The notes: generated by a model not told the origin, from the sequence alone. 63,765 nt of DNA, filler included, from Octopus bimaculoides (GCF_001194135.2; 6 parts of 6 records of this genome joined end to end with filler, not necessarily neighbours in it); one strand, 5' to 3'. Counted from the first letter of the whole stretch, positions 39,178-53,884 are shown. Program-made: numbers and translations.

Positions 39178-42100
39178 CAAACTCATTCTATCTCTCTCTC
39201 ACAATGCGCATATATAGTACATTCATATTTTGTTGATGTTAAAAGAACGAATGATTACGTCAAAGCATTATCGTTTAGTCCCGGAGTAAACCAGTTTCTG
39301 TGACACTTAACAGGATCACCATTTCTGATAAGAGGAATGTAATACGGTATCCTCAACTCGTGAATTGGATCAAAACATTGCGAAAGTTTGGACTTCTGTA
39401 AAATACTCCAGATTGACACGCAGCAATGGGAAAACTGGTGAATGGATTAAATCTCTCCTTGAAGGATACTATGGTGTGCTTTGAGCTCAGAGATGAACGA
39501 GAGTGTAGACAGCCAGGCCAATAATAAAACTCTAACACACACATATACACACACGCACACACACATACACACACACGCACACCACACTCATACACACACG
39601 CACTCATATATACTGTATATGCATTAGACGTAATGGGTAAAATGATATTTTATGATTTGATACGACGTTCGATACTGTGAATAGCTCTTATGTTTGCAAC
39701 TGCATCCTAACGTTTTTTTTTCGAACATATTATTTGGAAGTTATTACTTTCGAAACTAAGCTATTATCTTTAACATATTTTTATTCTCTCACAGAATGCT
39801 AACGCTCTAAAATGAAGAAACAAACGCGTATACACACGGTAAACGTGCGTGCTCTCACATCCATATTTTGTATTTTATATATAGCTATGGATTACGTATC
39901 AAGTCGTATGTAGCTGTTTCTATCTTATCTAACCACTACATGTGTATTAGAGCATTTGCAAACACGACTTCCTTCGATAGGATTCCACAAGTTAAAGGGA
40001 CGTTTTCAATGAGAACAAATTGAAGAACATCATTCAAGATCATCTTCCTCATTATTTTTATATCAACTGCTAATTTGTATTTTAGATGCATGGCGATATT
40101 TTCTCACACCAAATATGGTAGCATTTATTTGTTAATCCCATGCAAAAATGCGACAAATTCATTTAAGGGCTAGCTCCAAAGCTAAACTCCTTAATTTACT
40201 GATAGGTTTGATGTAGCAGTATTTCTGTTAAATGTGTATAGTGACGATGACGGAGCATAGCTCAAGACCTATCTCTTCAAACTGATGCAATTCACTATTG
40301 AATGTATCTCAAAAGCAATAATAAAATATATCAATGGTCATTTGGGCGCACTGACCTCATACTGCATATATCTAATCTTCTCTTCACCTAATGGAATGTA
40401 ATGATTGGTTTTCCAAAGAATCATTACTTATAGCGAAAGCTTCAATCATGTTTCTCTTCATAAACATCAGCACGTAAAACAAGCCACCGCTTTCATCAAG
40501 ATACTTTGTAAGTTCGACTACGCTACTGATGATGTTTTTTATGAAGAACGTATTGATATCGAGTACCTTATTTTTGAAGCTGATACAAATGAAGATTAAT
40601 GTACCATATTAAAAGAAATTGAAGAAACGACGCTAATGGTCTATAGCTCTAAAATATGTATTATATGCTATACGTATTTACTGTAAACCTCTTATCACTT
40701 TTCTACCCATCATTGTTAAGTTGTTCTGTTTATTGTAGAATTGCCTCAGCATTATTTATAGTTGAGTATTCACGTACCTTACGTATTAAAACGATAATAT
40801 ATAGCTACACCATAGAAGTTACTTCTTATATTTGGTCGAATGCTAAAGCTGGTCTCTACATTCTGTGATAGATGTTAAAGACAGCAATACATAATTAATC
40901 ATCGTTCGTGATAATGTACTAAGGCCATAAGCGGAATAAATTGAGCGTTTAAAATTCGATGCTTTTTATCTCAAACTACATGTAATCATATATGCCAATA
41001 ATTTGTTTATAATCAAGGAGCGCATTGACAGTATGCCGAAGGGCTGGTACAGAACCCCCAGCAACAGAGCAGTCTGATGGATTAGATTGGCTCTACACGT
41101 GATGACGTCTCTGGGACTACTAACCTTGGATGACCCCAGCCTAGCCAAGCAGGTATATAAAACAAACAGCAAGAAACATGCAAGCAAGCAAACAAGCAAG
41201 CATGCAAGCAAGCAGCGCATCGACAAAATATATGTAAGAAATTCAGAAAACATTCACTCACCGGTATCTTGCAACGGCCATTCAATATTTTTCGCATAAA
41301 TTGTCTGTTTCTTGACCATCAACACTCTTATTCCATATCCTTCTCCTACAGTAGAACAATACAAGCGTAAAACTTGTATTGTTCATTTACTAGATATTAT
41401 CAGTAGAATGCTAAGTATGTGATATATATTTTTGGAAATTTTGGAATATATGTTATGTATGGAGGAAGAGAAATATAACATATCGGGTAAAATACTCTAG
41501 AGGCCTAAGAAAAATATGCACCAGTGCTGCAGAAAAGCAGCATTATGCTTTGATGGGAAATGTATCTCGTGAATATTCAGAATATTTTTGGGTGAAATAT
41601 CCTATATGAATACTGACAAATATAACATTGATTTTTGTAATTTTCGGTTATATTATACGTGAGTGAATTATATTTTCATGGAAATCCGATTCCATCGTAA
41701 ATACATTTTCACATAAAATTATCATATAATGCTATAATGAATATCTTATTGTAGTGGAATACTTAGTAATCTGTAAACGCCTGTGAACATTTCGAACAGC
41801 TGCATTTAAAATTGCATTTCAGTAAGTAAAAGACAATACGGCAATCGATTAAATTGGTAAAGCAAACTTTATGTTTTCTATGTTTTTTTTTTGTAATAGA
41901 CATAATTTATTATATTGTTTTATCTTAGGCTTTTTATCCAAACGCATTCTAATAAGTTTGTTAGAAATATTCTGTTGCTGCTACCTTAACTTTTCGATTA
42001 ACCTCAATTGAAATAAAATAACATCAAAATAGCAAAGTCAACAAAAACGTAGTTGGAAACAAATGAGTTATTCTGGGGTTATTTTATTGCAGAGAAACAG

Positions 42101-44548
42101 TCTGTTATTTGTTTTTAGATTGATGGGAAATGTTTTCCATTCTTGCTCTTGTGTTTTAGTTCTTAGAGAAATGAAACATTCTTACAAAAGTGGTGGTGAA
42201 GATTCGCAGAAACCACTTAAGTATTGATTGTTTCTTTGAAGAGTGAGCCGGCTTGATTCTGATTCACTTATATCGAAAATAAACTGTACTTTTAAACAGG
42301 TAAATGACATATTGAAATAAAATAAATACAAAATATAGACCAAAGAAATGCAATTGGTGAAAAAAATGTAACGGTGAAAAATTCAATGAAATGCAAGAAT
42401 TTTGCACAAAATAGACGTCCGTAAGTTCTGAGACCAAAATATTTTAAATGGATATTGATTTCCTAGAGTGGTATTGTAAAATATTCATAATAGTAAATTT
42501 GTCTGCTTAGGTGAAAAAGTTCGTGGTAGATTATATGTGGTTAACAAAGCTGAATGCAAAATTCTTGAAACAAGAAGTATTATGACGGAACATATGCTGT
42601 TTGTATGTCTTTCTTGTATTGCTAACTAAAATTTAGTGTTATTTAAATTTCTGTTTTGTTTCTAAATTACTTCTGATGTAAAATTGTTTTGGCACTTACA
42701 CGTTATTTAAGATAGAATCAAAATGCAATTTTGATTTATGTATAAAACAAACTCCCAAGCCATATATAACATACTGAAAACATAAGCAATATATATTCAT
42801 AACTTAGTATACAAATTCTTGCACCACGAATGATCTCGAAATATATAGCATATATAGTATATCACAGTGTAGTAAACTTGATATTCCATTGATGGGAACC
42901 TTCAGAAACAAAGTAATAAACTTTTTTATGTTATATATATTTTTACAGGAGTTCCTTAAAGTGAAACCAGAGAGCCTTATATAAAAATTATTATTAAACA
43001 TTGTTACGTATGATTCAATGATTTATATGATTGCCATCTTTTTCATTGACTTTTGTTCTATCGAGGATTCCTCGATGTATATACTTAACACAAGTTGACA
43101 TATGCTTTTAAAAAGTGTTTCGTTCTTTACACTTTATGCAATAGCTACTTGAGGTGAGCAGTCTGCGTAGTCCTCTTCTGTTAGGAAAACGATTTTTCAA
43201 TGCTAGCAGTTTTTTGACACCTTTATCCATTACATGTAATTCGCTAGTCACCCACAAATGCGGCGAAGCATCCAAAGAAGAAGAAAAGGAAAACTGTTGC
43301 ATTCAAAGTTAACATTTGGAATAAAAAATAAAGATAAATGATATAATTGAAAATAAAATTAAATCAATACAAATGATGATATAGCACATGCATAGTTGTA
43401 TTTAATTCGGTTCTTGTGTCTAGGTTTATTTTCTAAATTCTCAGGTCAACCACCGTGTATTATTGTCCAATTTACTGTTTCCTTTCTCGTCAATGAAATC
43501 AGCGTACAAATGTGATGAGATTCTAATAAGATAACATCACAACAATTATTTTCAGTCGGGAGGATTTCTCAGTAACGAAGTTAAACAGAAGCTAGTGATG
43601 ATGCCATAAATTCTTACAAATCATAGCAGTAGCCTCCACGCCATAGGCGTAATGCTACAAATTGGTATCCATATTTCTTCAAAACCGATGAGGGATATCT
43701 CTTGGAAAATACGACATTCTCGCAAGCTTCGTTCTAGACGTAATTATTAATGAAATGGGGTGCTTTGGAACGTTCCCGATAATAGCCTTTTCCTTAGAAG
43801 ACCAGCAACAGCAAGACGGTCAACAGCAAGCTACGTACGTTCGCACAATTTCATAGTGACAGTACGAAATGTAAGAAGTCGAATATCACTAAATATTAAA
43901 TGTCATTATATCAGGTTCTTTCCACCTCAAATATTATGAATAGGAAAAAAAAAAATTAGAAGTGTCATTCATGATACATAAAAGAACGATGAGGAAATAA
44001 ACAAAAAGGTATAGTTTACATCCTGCAAAGATATTCTACAAAGTACATGTCATAAAACCTTCTGGGAGGAAAAAATATATATGAATAACTGTTTAAGTAA
44101 TGTGTATGTACCTGCTAGTTACCCGGCGTGGACTGATGGCTTAAATCAACTGCCACTAACGACATACTGCATCATAACCGAGGGCAACAAGGTTCATTTT
44201 CCGAGACACACCTTGTAAAGTCATCTGATGAGACGCTTATGCACAGAGGGATGCGCCACAAAGGATCGGTGCAGGATGAGATGAAACGATCTGTGTGAGT
44301 TATAAATGTTCTTGTATATTCCATTTTCCGTCTCTATCATTTATTATATATATATATGTCGTGAAACTATCTCTCTTGTCAGTGTATAGAAAGTGCTCTG
44401 TTGAACAGAAAATGCTCTTTACGGGACAAAGAATTATTTTGAATTTTATTTCTAGCAATATTGGTGCAGACTTGCACCCTTGGTAAATTTGAATGACGAT
44501 TGTATTTGTGTTTTTTGGTTTTAACTTGCATCTAGCCATTTTAATACA

Positions 44549-44630
<82 letters not shown>

Positions 44631-44804
44631 NNNNNNNNNNNNNNNNNNNNNNNNNNNNNNNNNNNNNNNNNNNNTTAATTAATTAANNNNNNNNNNNNNN
44701 NNNNNNNNNNNNNNNNNNNNNNNNNNNNNNGTTTAAAGCTGAATTACATCAAATTCTCATTAACACTATATTCTTTCTGTAATGCTAACTGAACAATTAA
44801 CTTC

Positions 44805-44968
44805 ATCATCATCATCATCGTTTAACGTCCGCTTTCCATGCTAGCATGAGTTGGACGATTTGACTGAGGACTGGTGAAACCAGATGGCAACACCAGGCTC
44901 CAATCTAATTTGGCAGAGTTTCTACAGCTGGATGCCCTTCCTAACGCCAACCACTCAAAGAGTGTAGA
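44805..44968 (-). mobile_element. Repeat family 4, 3' part (ATG-repeat tail)
   Basis: Reverse complement matches 62740-62900. Confidence 0.85.
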
Positions 44969-45681
44969 ACTTGCTTAAGAAATTTATTTTGGAGAAGATT
45001 TTCAATTACTCAAAACCCAATGATTAGTGTAATCTCTTTTACATTAATAGAGAGAGATATTTGGCTGTCTGCAATCTCTCACCTGTCAATCACATTGAAA
45101 TATAACTTGATAGTAAAAGAAACTTACCTTCTCGTGCACTGTCACTGTTCCTGTGTTAAGTAGTCATGAGCATGGCCCTTGCACCTGTGACCCAGTAGAA
45201 AATAACAGGAAGGAGAGAGGGCTGCATCTCTCTAATCTGCAAGTGGAAGTAAAGTTTATTTGAAGACAACCTTAAAGAGCTTTTTATAAAACCAACAGTG
45301 TTAACCATTAGGTCACTACACTCTGGTGAATTCTGCCAGTTAGTCTATAACTACTTATTAGTCATCAAGTTGGGTTATTTTCAGGTTACTAGTATCTGCA
45401 GATTGTGGGCATGCCCTGTAGCAGTACAGCTCTACAAAGTGTATTTACAAGCTGAAGGAGAATCTCAGTGTTCTTAACCTTTAAAATTAAATACAAACCA
45501 CTTAAAATAGTATAAAATATAATTTAGTATTAAATTTTAAACAAATTAAAAAGATTTTAAATCAGAAAATAAAAAGTAAGAAAAATTAGGAAAGGTTAAA
45601 AGGAGAAAGAAGTGATATATTTTTAAAATTTTCATAATCTTTTATTTATTTACTTGTTTCAGTCATTAGACTGCAGCCGTA

Positions 45682-45726
<45 letters not shown>

Positions 45727-45728
45727 CC

Positions 45729-45762
<34 letters not shown>

Positions 45763-46199
45763 TTCATCTGCTTTCTATGCTGGCATGGGTTGCATGGTTT
45801 GACAGGAGCTGGCCAGCCTAGGAACTGTCCAGACTCCAGGATTAGTCAAATAGGTTGAATTTCCAATCATATTCTTTAAAGTAATAATTTTCAAATTTTT
45901 TTTTAACCACAGACTCTGAAATCATTCCATCTGCTTTTTAAAAGTTTTATTATATAAAAACAAGTATCATAATGGTTTAAAACAGGGAATAGAGCAGGCA
46001 TTGCTATGCTTTTAAAACATCAGAGTTCTCTAAAAATCTTTGGGTATTTTCCAACTTACCTCAAAAGCTTGCAAAACGTCTGTAGACCATGCATTGGTAC
46101 GGTTACTGAAACTGTCTTCTCTAAAATATTTTAAAACAATATATAATTATAAACAGAAAACGTGAAGTAATTATAAAATGGTGTTACACATACTACACA

Positions 46200-46835
46200 A
46201 ATGTGCAAGTGATGAATGCCTCTTTATGGTCACTTGATCTGCTAGAAAGGCAGCCAAAATGGTTGAAAACTTCATAGGCTTTTCATAGAATGTGATGAAA
46301 TCAAGTTTGTTTTTTGACATTGTACCTATGAAACAAGACCCCTTTCATAATACCTCAGCAAGTTGGCTTAGTTTGTGATCTGATTGGTGTGCTTTTGATC
46401 AAGTGACAGATGTAGCAGCCACAAAGCGCATTGTACAGAATATTCTCAATTCTTTTACAAGATAAGCTAATAGCTTTGGCTATGATTTATCATCAATTTC
46501 CTGTCAATTATCACCATATTGTGTACATGATCAATGTTCTCCTTGGTAGTTGCAGTTGCAGAACATCCAGACCTTAGGTCATCTTCAAGACTCTCCTTTC
46601 CTCTCCTATATTTAGCTGTCCACTTTTGCACTGTTGATAAAGCATCTCCTAATATAACAACTATTTTATGCAAATACTTGATAACACCAGGATGTCAAAT
46701 TTTGTCAATTTTCAAGAGAAGTTACTATTAGCTACTGTTTAAGTCTTTAATCAGCTAGATGTCAGTTTACCTGGAAAGAAACAATGCAGTTATGAATAAG
46801 GGTTGAAATTAATGCATGAAGGGTTAGTCAGTCTC
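46200..46835 (-). mobile_element. Decayed mariner transposon
   Basis: ILGDALSTVQKWTAKYRRGKESLEDDLRSGCSATATTKENIDHVHNMV..DRKL matches the mariner N-terminal HTH region (W..F..G..SLEDD.RSGRP); downstream sequence is degraded. Confidence 0.85.
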
Positions 46836-47214
46836 TCGACTTTTTGGCCCACACCCATAATGTTCTAGATACACTATACATGAAAATAAGATGGCATATC
46901 AGCTCAATCACAGCTGACATGGGGCTAAACAAAAGCAATGCAACATTCTGCAGGGTGATTCAGAAGTCCCTTTAGATTTAGAATTGTATACAAAAATTGA
47001 ATTTCTTGTTTTTGTATTTGATTTGCAAAATTCTTGATGTGAATTCGTATGTTGAAACAAACTTTATTGTGTCTTAAGAGAGACATTATGCCAATAATAA
47101 CAAACCCACAGGTTCAATTTAATTTCTTTATTGTTAGTCAGTTGGTTAAATATCTAACTAGCTAATCAATTGTTTGTTTAATGTGACTTCCTCTCTCATT
47201 CCAAGGTCTGCTTC

Positions 47215-47533
47215 TTATTTTGCTTCAGTTTGAATTTTTAAGCCAAAGGAATTGACCCCAGTACTTATTTTTCTTTTAAGCCTGATACTTATTCTATTGA
47301 TCTCTTTTGCCAAACTGCTAAGTTATGGGAGCCATAAGCACACCAGCATTGGTTGTTAAGTGGTGGTGGGGGACAAAGACACACACACACATATATGACA
47401 GGCTTCTTTCAAATTTTGCCGACCATATTCATGCCCAAGGCTTTGAGTAGAAGCCAAGGTGTCATGCAGTGGGACTGAACTTGGATCCATGTGGTTGGGA
47501 AGCAAACTTCTTACCACACATACACACCTGTGC

Positions 47534-47535
<2 letters not shown>
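47215..47535 (-). mobile_element. SINE family 1, near full-length, diverged
   Basis: Both halves match 15572-15996; short internal (CA)n. Confidence 0.8.
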
Positions 47536-47611
<76 letters not shown>

Positions 47612-47893
47612 TTATATGTATTTATTTTATCCTAATAAATAATAATTCGGATAGAATAAATGGGTTAATAGAAACCAAGGTAGCAAAGATCACAAAATAA
47701 CTGTGGTGTAATTCCTGTTAGTGTAGTTATCATACTCGGTCATAATGTCTTACGTTTAAGATGGTTCCTATGGATCGCATAAATTGTAATTCTTCGAAAC
47801 ATATGTCAGAATAAAGTATGCAGTTATAACATGCGTTTACTCCATTCCTTAAATTTATTTATATATATATGCCTATATATATAGATATATATG

Positions 47894-47933
<40 letters not shown>

Positions 47934-49550
47934 TAAAATGTCATTTTCAAAAATTATATATACTAGGAGGGCGGCAAGCATGCATGGAAGCCGTGGGCAT
48001 GAGCCCAGGTGAAGCCAACTGCGGGTGCAGACTGCAGTGAAAGCATATGTATTGCATATATTGATATATATATACAATATAGATGTGATACATAAATTAT
48101 AAAGTGAATTGACAATATGCACATGAATTGAACAAAGACTCTGTTTATTCTGTAATCAGTAAAATAATCCATGATACATTTAAAAAAGATGATAATGAAA
48201 ATTAGAAAAGTGTTAAGACTGTCAAGGGAAAATGTTCATGAATCTTCACTTGAGTGAATTTGAAAATAGATGCACTGGTGGGAATTACTGAATTACATTT
48301 TCGAATATGAAGAGTTGAGTTGCGCTATATTGTTGTTTTACTATATTCACTTATAGACTTCTTAAGTGTTTCTAGTGTCCCTTTCCCAGCAATTAAAAAG
48401 AAATTTAAATGCATTTCAATTAAAAGAGAGTAGTGAATGTTTCACATCACTGTAGAATTTTTTTGTAGACACCCTTTTTATTTATCTAGGTTTAATATTT
48501 TTCTAAACAATTTAGATCGCTGAAATAAGTAACAGGCTTGAAGAATAAGTAATGAAAATGATATTATTGACTAAATAATTTCAAGGTGGTACCCCAGCGT
48601 GACCACAGTCTAACACAATTTGAAAACTTCATTCTTTCGATAGAGATTGTTGTTTTTTGCATTATGTAATACAGTTAAAAATAATTTACTTTTTTTTTTG
48701 CTTTATTACATTTTTTATGAACATGAAAAAATTGTTTGTTTACATATGGAATTCAAATGGAAGTTGACATTTAAAACAGAAGTAAATCTTGTAATATTAA
48801 GCATTATAATTTGTTTAATATACAAATAAACTTTATAGTTTAAACATTTTTTAATATTCATTTACCATTTCAGCAATCTTTCATTTTAACTCAAAGGTGT
48901 GTGTGCGCAGCTCAGCTGTTACCTTGTGGTGTTCANNNNNNNNNNNNNNNNNNNNNNNNNNNNNNNNNNNNNNNNNNNNNNNNNNNNNNNNNNNNNNNNN
49001 NNNNNNNNNNNNNNNNNNNNNNNNNNNNNNNNNNNNNNNNNNNNNNNNNNNNNNNNNNNNNNNNNNNNNNNNNNNNNNNNNNNNNNNNNNNNNNNNNNNN
49101 NNNNNNNNNNNNNNNNNNNNNNNNNNNNNNNNNNNNNNNNNNNNNNNNNNNNNNNNNNNNNNNNNNNNNNNNNNNNNNNNNNNNNNNNNNNNNNNNNNNN
49201 NNNNNNNNNNNNNNNNNNNNNNNNNNNNNNNNNNNNNNNNNNNNNNNNNNNNNNNNNNNNNNNNNNNNNNNNNNNNNNNNNNNNNNNNNNNNNNNNNNNN
49301 NNNNNNNNNNNNNNNNNNNNNNNNNNNNNNNNNNNNNNNNNNNNNNNNNNNNNNNNNNNNNNNNNNNNNNNNNNNNNNNNNNNNNNNNNNNNNNNNNNNN
49401 NNNNNNNNNNNNNNNNNNNNNNNNNNNNNNNNNNNNNNNNNNNNNNNNNNNNNNNNNNNNNNNNNNNNNNNNNNNNNNNNNNNNNNNNNNNNNNNNNNNN
49501 NNNNNNNNNNNNNNNNNNNNNNNNNNNNNNNNNNNNNNNNNNNNNNNNNN

Positions 49551-49760
49551 ATAACTGGCCCATTTGTCTGTATGTATTATAGTATCGGGGAACACATTTT
49601 CAATTATAACAGCTTCTAGTGTTGCTGTGCTTCTGTCAGGTACATGCTGTAGAAATCCTTTTTTCACAGTGGTGTCATAGCAGTCAATAACCCACGTTTG
49701 ATGGCCTATTCTCCCTACATGGCTCTTCCTTTTAAAGAGCAAGCTCTCATGTATTTCTAT
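49551..49760 (-). mobile_element. Merlin (IS1016/ISXO2-like) DDE transposase fragment
   Basis: RKSHVGR..TWVIDCYDTTVKKGFLQHVPDRSTATLEAVIIENVFPDTIIHTDKWASY resembles the ISXO2-like core (RK..RGR..WV.G..V.DRS..TL..I...V.PG..I.TD.W..Y); truncated by a gap. Confidence 0.78.
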
Positions 49761-52579
49761 CGCATGACCTGGAGCTTTGTCTCAAAGCATCTTCCCTGAA
49801 CATGCTTCTTGTCAAAACTCATATCACTGGATCGCAGTTTTGTTATCTACTCCAGTAGTTTTTTTTGTTTTTTTTTTTAAATTAAAATTTTACAAGCAAT
49901 TTCTTTTCAGAATCATAATTTCTGTATTTTTGTGCGTATTTCACCAAAAAATTTCTGGGAAGAGTGAAAAAATGAAGAAGTGGGGGGACTGAAATTTTGA
50001 AGTTGCAATTTTTGAAAATTTTTTCAGAATCGGAATCTCCATAGCCTAAAACTTGAGATTCCATTAAAAAAATAAAATTTAAGCAGGGAAGGGTTCTGTT
50101 TACATATCCTCCATCTGGACCCTTTCTGATGTCTAAGGATGGATATTTATGTATTTGAGTTTTCTTTTTCAAATATAATTCTGGATAAGCAATTTACATT
50201 TTTTTGTCTTACCTATTTTGCCCCGCCTAAATTTTGTTTTATCTGCTCAAAAAGAACAGTGAATAGGTTGTACTGTATTCAGACAATGTCTTTATTAATA
50301 TATTTTTGACCTTTGTAAAAAACGTTTATTTTCTTCAAAGTTAAAAAAAAAACCTGGAAACTGGAAAAGCAGTCTTTCGGAAATAGCTGTTTGAATTTCC
50401 CCATTTTTGTTGGGATCCCCCCTCCCCTCACCATTTTTTTTTCATGCATTGCAAAATAAAGGAAACCCACTTTAAAAGAAGAATTTTTTAAATCCATGTC
50501 TTTTAAATGGTGTCTCCACCCACCACCTCACACACTCATCATACCTTTGGAACAGCAACAGCCACAAAAATTACTTTTTTTCTTTTTCAAAATATTTTCT
50601 CATTTTATCTTATTCAAGATTTCAATTCTTGTGTATAAGGGGTCCACCGAACTAGAAGTGCCCCAGATCCCCCATGGTTTAAATCCAGTCTTGCTACATG
50701 CCAACCAACAAGGTTTCCATCTACCAAATTTCACTGACATCGATTTACTCAGCCCATGGCTATAAATGAGTATGAGACACGAGAGGAATATGAGGGCATC
50801 AGGCCCTCATGGTCCTTGCATAGTTAAATATATACACATATAAATACATACACACCAACACACATATGCCTAAGATGTCAGGAGTTTGCATTCAAATCAT
50901 CAAAGGGCTAACTGTACTACAAAAAAATTGAGCTAAACTAGTAAATACAATCTGTATATTAGATTAAAAGATTAGGTGCTGGTGAAAAATTTGGGTTATT
51001 TCTTCTCAGACTACTGAAATACAATCTATTACAAACTATTATGAGTTTGAAAATTTAAAAATAAGTTTCTGAAGATTTACAAACTAATCCCTGTAGCTTC
51101 ACATTTGTATGTTAAAATGTGTGTGTGGTGTGTGTACAGATTTTGTGTATAGCATATAAAAAACAATATTTTCAGTAATAAATTTTAAGGACCATAATTA
51201 TTTCTAATTTGTCTGTTTCTAATTTCCTGTTTTACTAGTTTATACACTCGTGTTATGGGAAACAAATCAAAACCAGAAAGCTATGTAAAATAAAGATGAA
51301 ACAAAAAAATTGTGTTAATGTTATTATTATGACATAAATGTGCAGAGTGATGGACTTTGAATACTTTATTTCTATTTTATTTTCCATTTGTCTTATCTGG
51401 TGATATTTTATCAACATTGTAAAAGTACAACTTAAATTGACAGGACTATTATTTTTGCTTGTCACCAATTCTGCCATTAGAGGAAACTATGGGCACTATG
51501 TCACCAATGAAGCAGTGAAAATTATGTTTACAAGACAATTCTGATAATCTACAACATTTCTTGCTATTCAGCATGAAATCATTCAAAAATTGCAAATTGA
51601 AAAATTGTTCACTTCTCATGTTAAAATCCAACATTTGTCAGCACATGTCAAATTAAGAAACACTGGACATCATACATTTACTAGTAGCTGTGATGATTGC
51701 ATTTACTAAACATTTCAGAGAAGATACAAAATTTCTTCAAAACAGGAATTATAGAAATAAACCAGCTCAATGCTCTGCTTCCCCTAATCAAGTTTGAATT
51801 CCTCTGCTGATAGAATACGAAATTCAGAAGATGAACAGATAAGAATTTTATCCTTTCAACCTCGTTCATGTACTCCTGTTTCTGCATAGATCATAACCCT
51901 ATCCACACCACACCCCCATTCGTTCTTTATTATCTATCTATTTCTTTACCATGTAAACATAGCCTGATAGATTCGTCTTCCTTGTTTGTCTTAAATTCAT
52001 GCATATCCGTTATTCGTCACATTTTATTTATTTTATTTTATTCAAGTTTATCATTTCTTTAATTCATTCTCTCTAAATTTGTCTACCATAGNNNNNNNNN
52101 NNNNNNNNNNNNNNNNNNNNNNNNNNNNNNNNNNNNNNNNNNNNNNNNNNNNNNNNNNNNNNNNNNNNNNNNNNNNNNNNNNNNNNNNNNNNNNNNNNNN
52201 NNNNNNNNNNNNNNNNNNNNNNNNNNNNNNNNNNNNNNNNNNNNNNNNNNNNNNNNNNNNNNNNNNNNNNNNNNNNNNNNNNNNNNNNNNNNNNNNNNNN
52301 NNNNNNNNNNNNNNNNNNNNNNNNNNNNNNNNNNNNNNNNNNNNNNNNNNNNNNNNNNNNNNNNNNNNNNNNNNNNNNNNNNNNNNNNNNNNNNNNNNNN
52401 NNNNNNNNNNNNNNNNNNNNNNNNNNNNNNNNNNNNNNNNNNNNNNNNNNNNNNNNNNNNNNNNNNNNNNNNNNNNNNNNNNNNNNNNNNNNNNNNNNNN
52501 NNNNNNNNNNNNNNNNNNNNNNNNNNNNNNNNNNNNNNNNNNNNNNNNNNNNNNNNNNNNGTTGTAGGCTATTGTTTCT

Positions 52580-53884
52580 TTATGAATTCTGCCAAATGTA
52601 AGCTTTGTTTTCAGGTACATGACACTGCTGTCCCTCATCCCAGGGTCTCACAGGCCCACACCCTCAGAGTTGGCACACTCAACGTCGGTACACTGAAAGG
52701 TAAGTCTGGTGAGATTGTTCAAGAAGTAAGGTGGAGAGGTTCCTCACAGGTACAAGATTTTCTGGGCAAGGAACACTGACGGGGTCGGGGCGTTGGAATA
52801 CTTCTTGCAGAGAAATCGGTTGATAAGGTAATCGAGGTAGTCAGTGTATGTGACAGAGTACTTAAGATTAGATTAGTGCTTCACCATAGGTTAACTACTG
52901 TTGTCTTGGCCTATGCCCCTCAACTGGGGCTACCGGATGGGCAGAAAGACCAATTTTATGACACCCTTTTGTAGACTACCTCATTGACGAATGACAGGGA
53001 CCTTCTCTTTGTGGCTGGTGATTTCAATGGACATGTTGGACAACATGCAGGGGGCGTACATGGAGGCTATAGCTTTGGTTCCCGCAATGAGGAGGGAACC
53101 AGACTGCTGGAGTTCTGTGATGCAAATGATCTTGTGGTTTGCAACACCAGCTTCAGGAAATCTGCCTGTCACCTAGTCACCTACCGTTCCGGCAGACACT
53201 CTAGCCAAATTGACTACATCCTCACCAGAAAAAAGGGAAAGAGGACTGCTTATAAATGCCAAAACATTCCCAGGCGAAGAATGTACACCTCAATGTATTG
53301 AGGTGTACATTCTTCGCCTGGGAAGTTTGCAACTTCGGGATCAGGGCTAAATGGAGGCCCAGAAGTAGACCAGCTTGGAGGAGAAGGGTCTGGAAGCTTT
53401 AATATCCTGCAAATGGATAGAGATGTTTACTCGAAGCCTTCAACGAAATAGAAGGGTATATAGCATCACATAATGTGGAAGACAACTGGAGGTTTCTACG
53501 GGACAACCTACTGAGAGCCACTGACCAAATCTGTGGATAGTGCAAAGTAACGTGGTAGTGGAACAATGTGGTAGACAGGGCTATTAGACAAATGAAACAG
53601 GACTGGAAGAACAGAGGTAGCAGGGAATTGTATCAGACTGCCAGAAGGGAAGCTAGGAGACAGGTTTATTTAGCCAGAGGGGAAGCAGATAAAAAGAATT
53701 GCCAATGTTCTGCGCCGCGAGGACCAAAGACTTGAAGTATTTCGTGTTGCAAGACAGTGTGTGAGAGAGAATCGTGATGTCGTAGGAGAGAAATGTGTCC
53801 GCATGGATGATGGCTCACTTGCACTAAACGAGGCTGCAAAGAGAGAGATTTGAAGACGCCACTATGAAACGTTGCTTAATAAAG
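52580..53884 (+). mobile_element. RTE-clade LINE fragment (APE endonuclease and linker), decayed
   Basis: LRVGTLNVGTLKGKSGEIV, FVAGDFNGHVG, NEEGTRLLEFCDANDLVVCNTSFRK and SQIDYIL are RTE endonuclease motifs; 53460-53884 is homologous to 62940-63370. Confidence 0.92.

Noticed and set aside
41099-41105. GTGATGA, a possible snoRNA C box
   Set aside because: No D box with a terminal stem at a suitable distance.
44210-44295. ctgatgag...gaaacgatc hammerhead-like spacing
   Set aside because: No coherent helix II and no valid NUH site with helix I.
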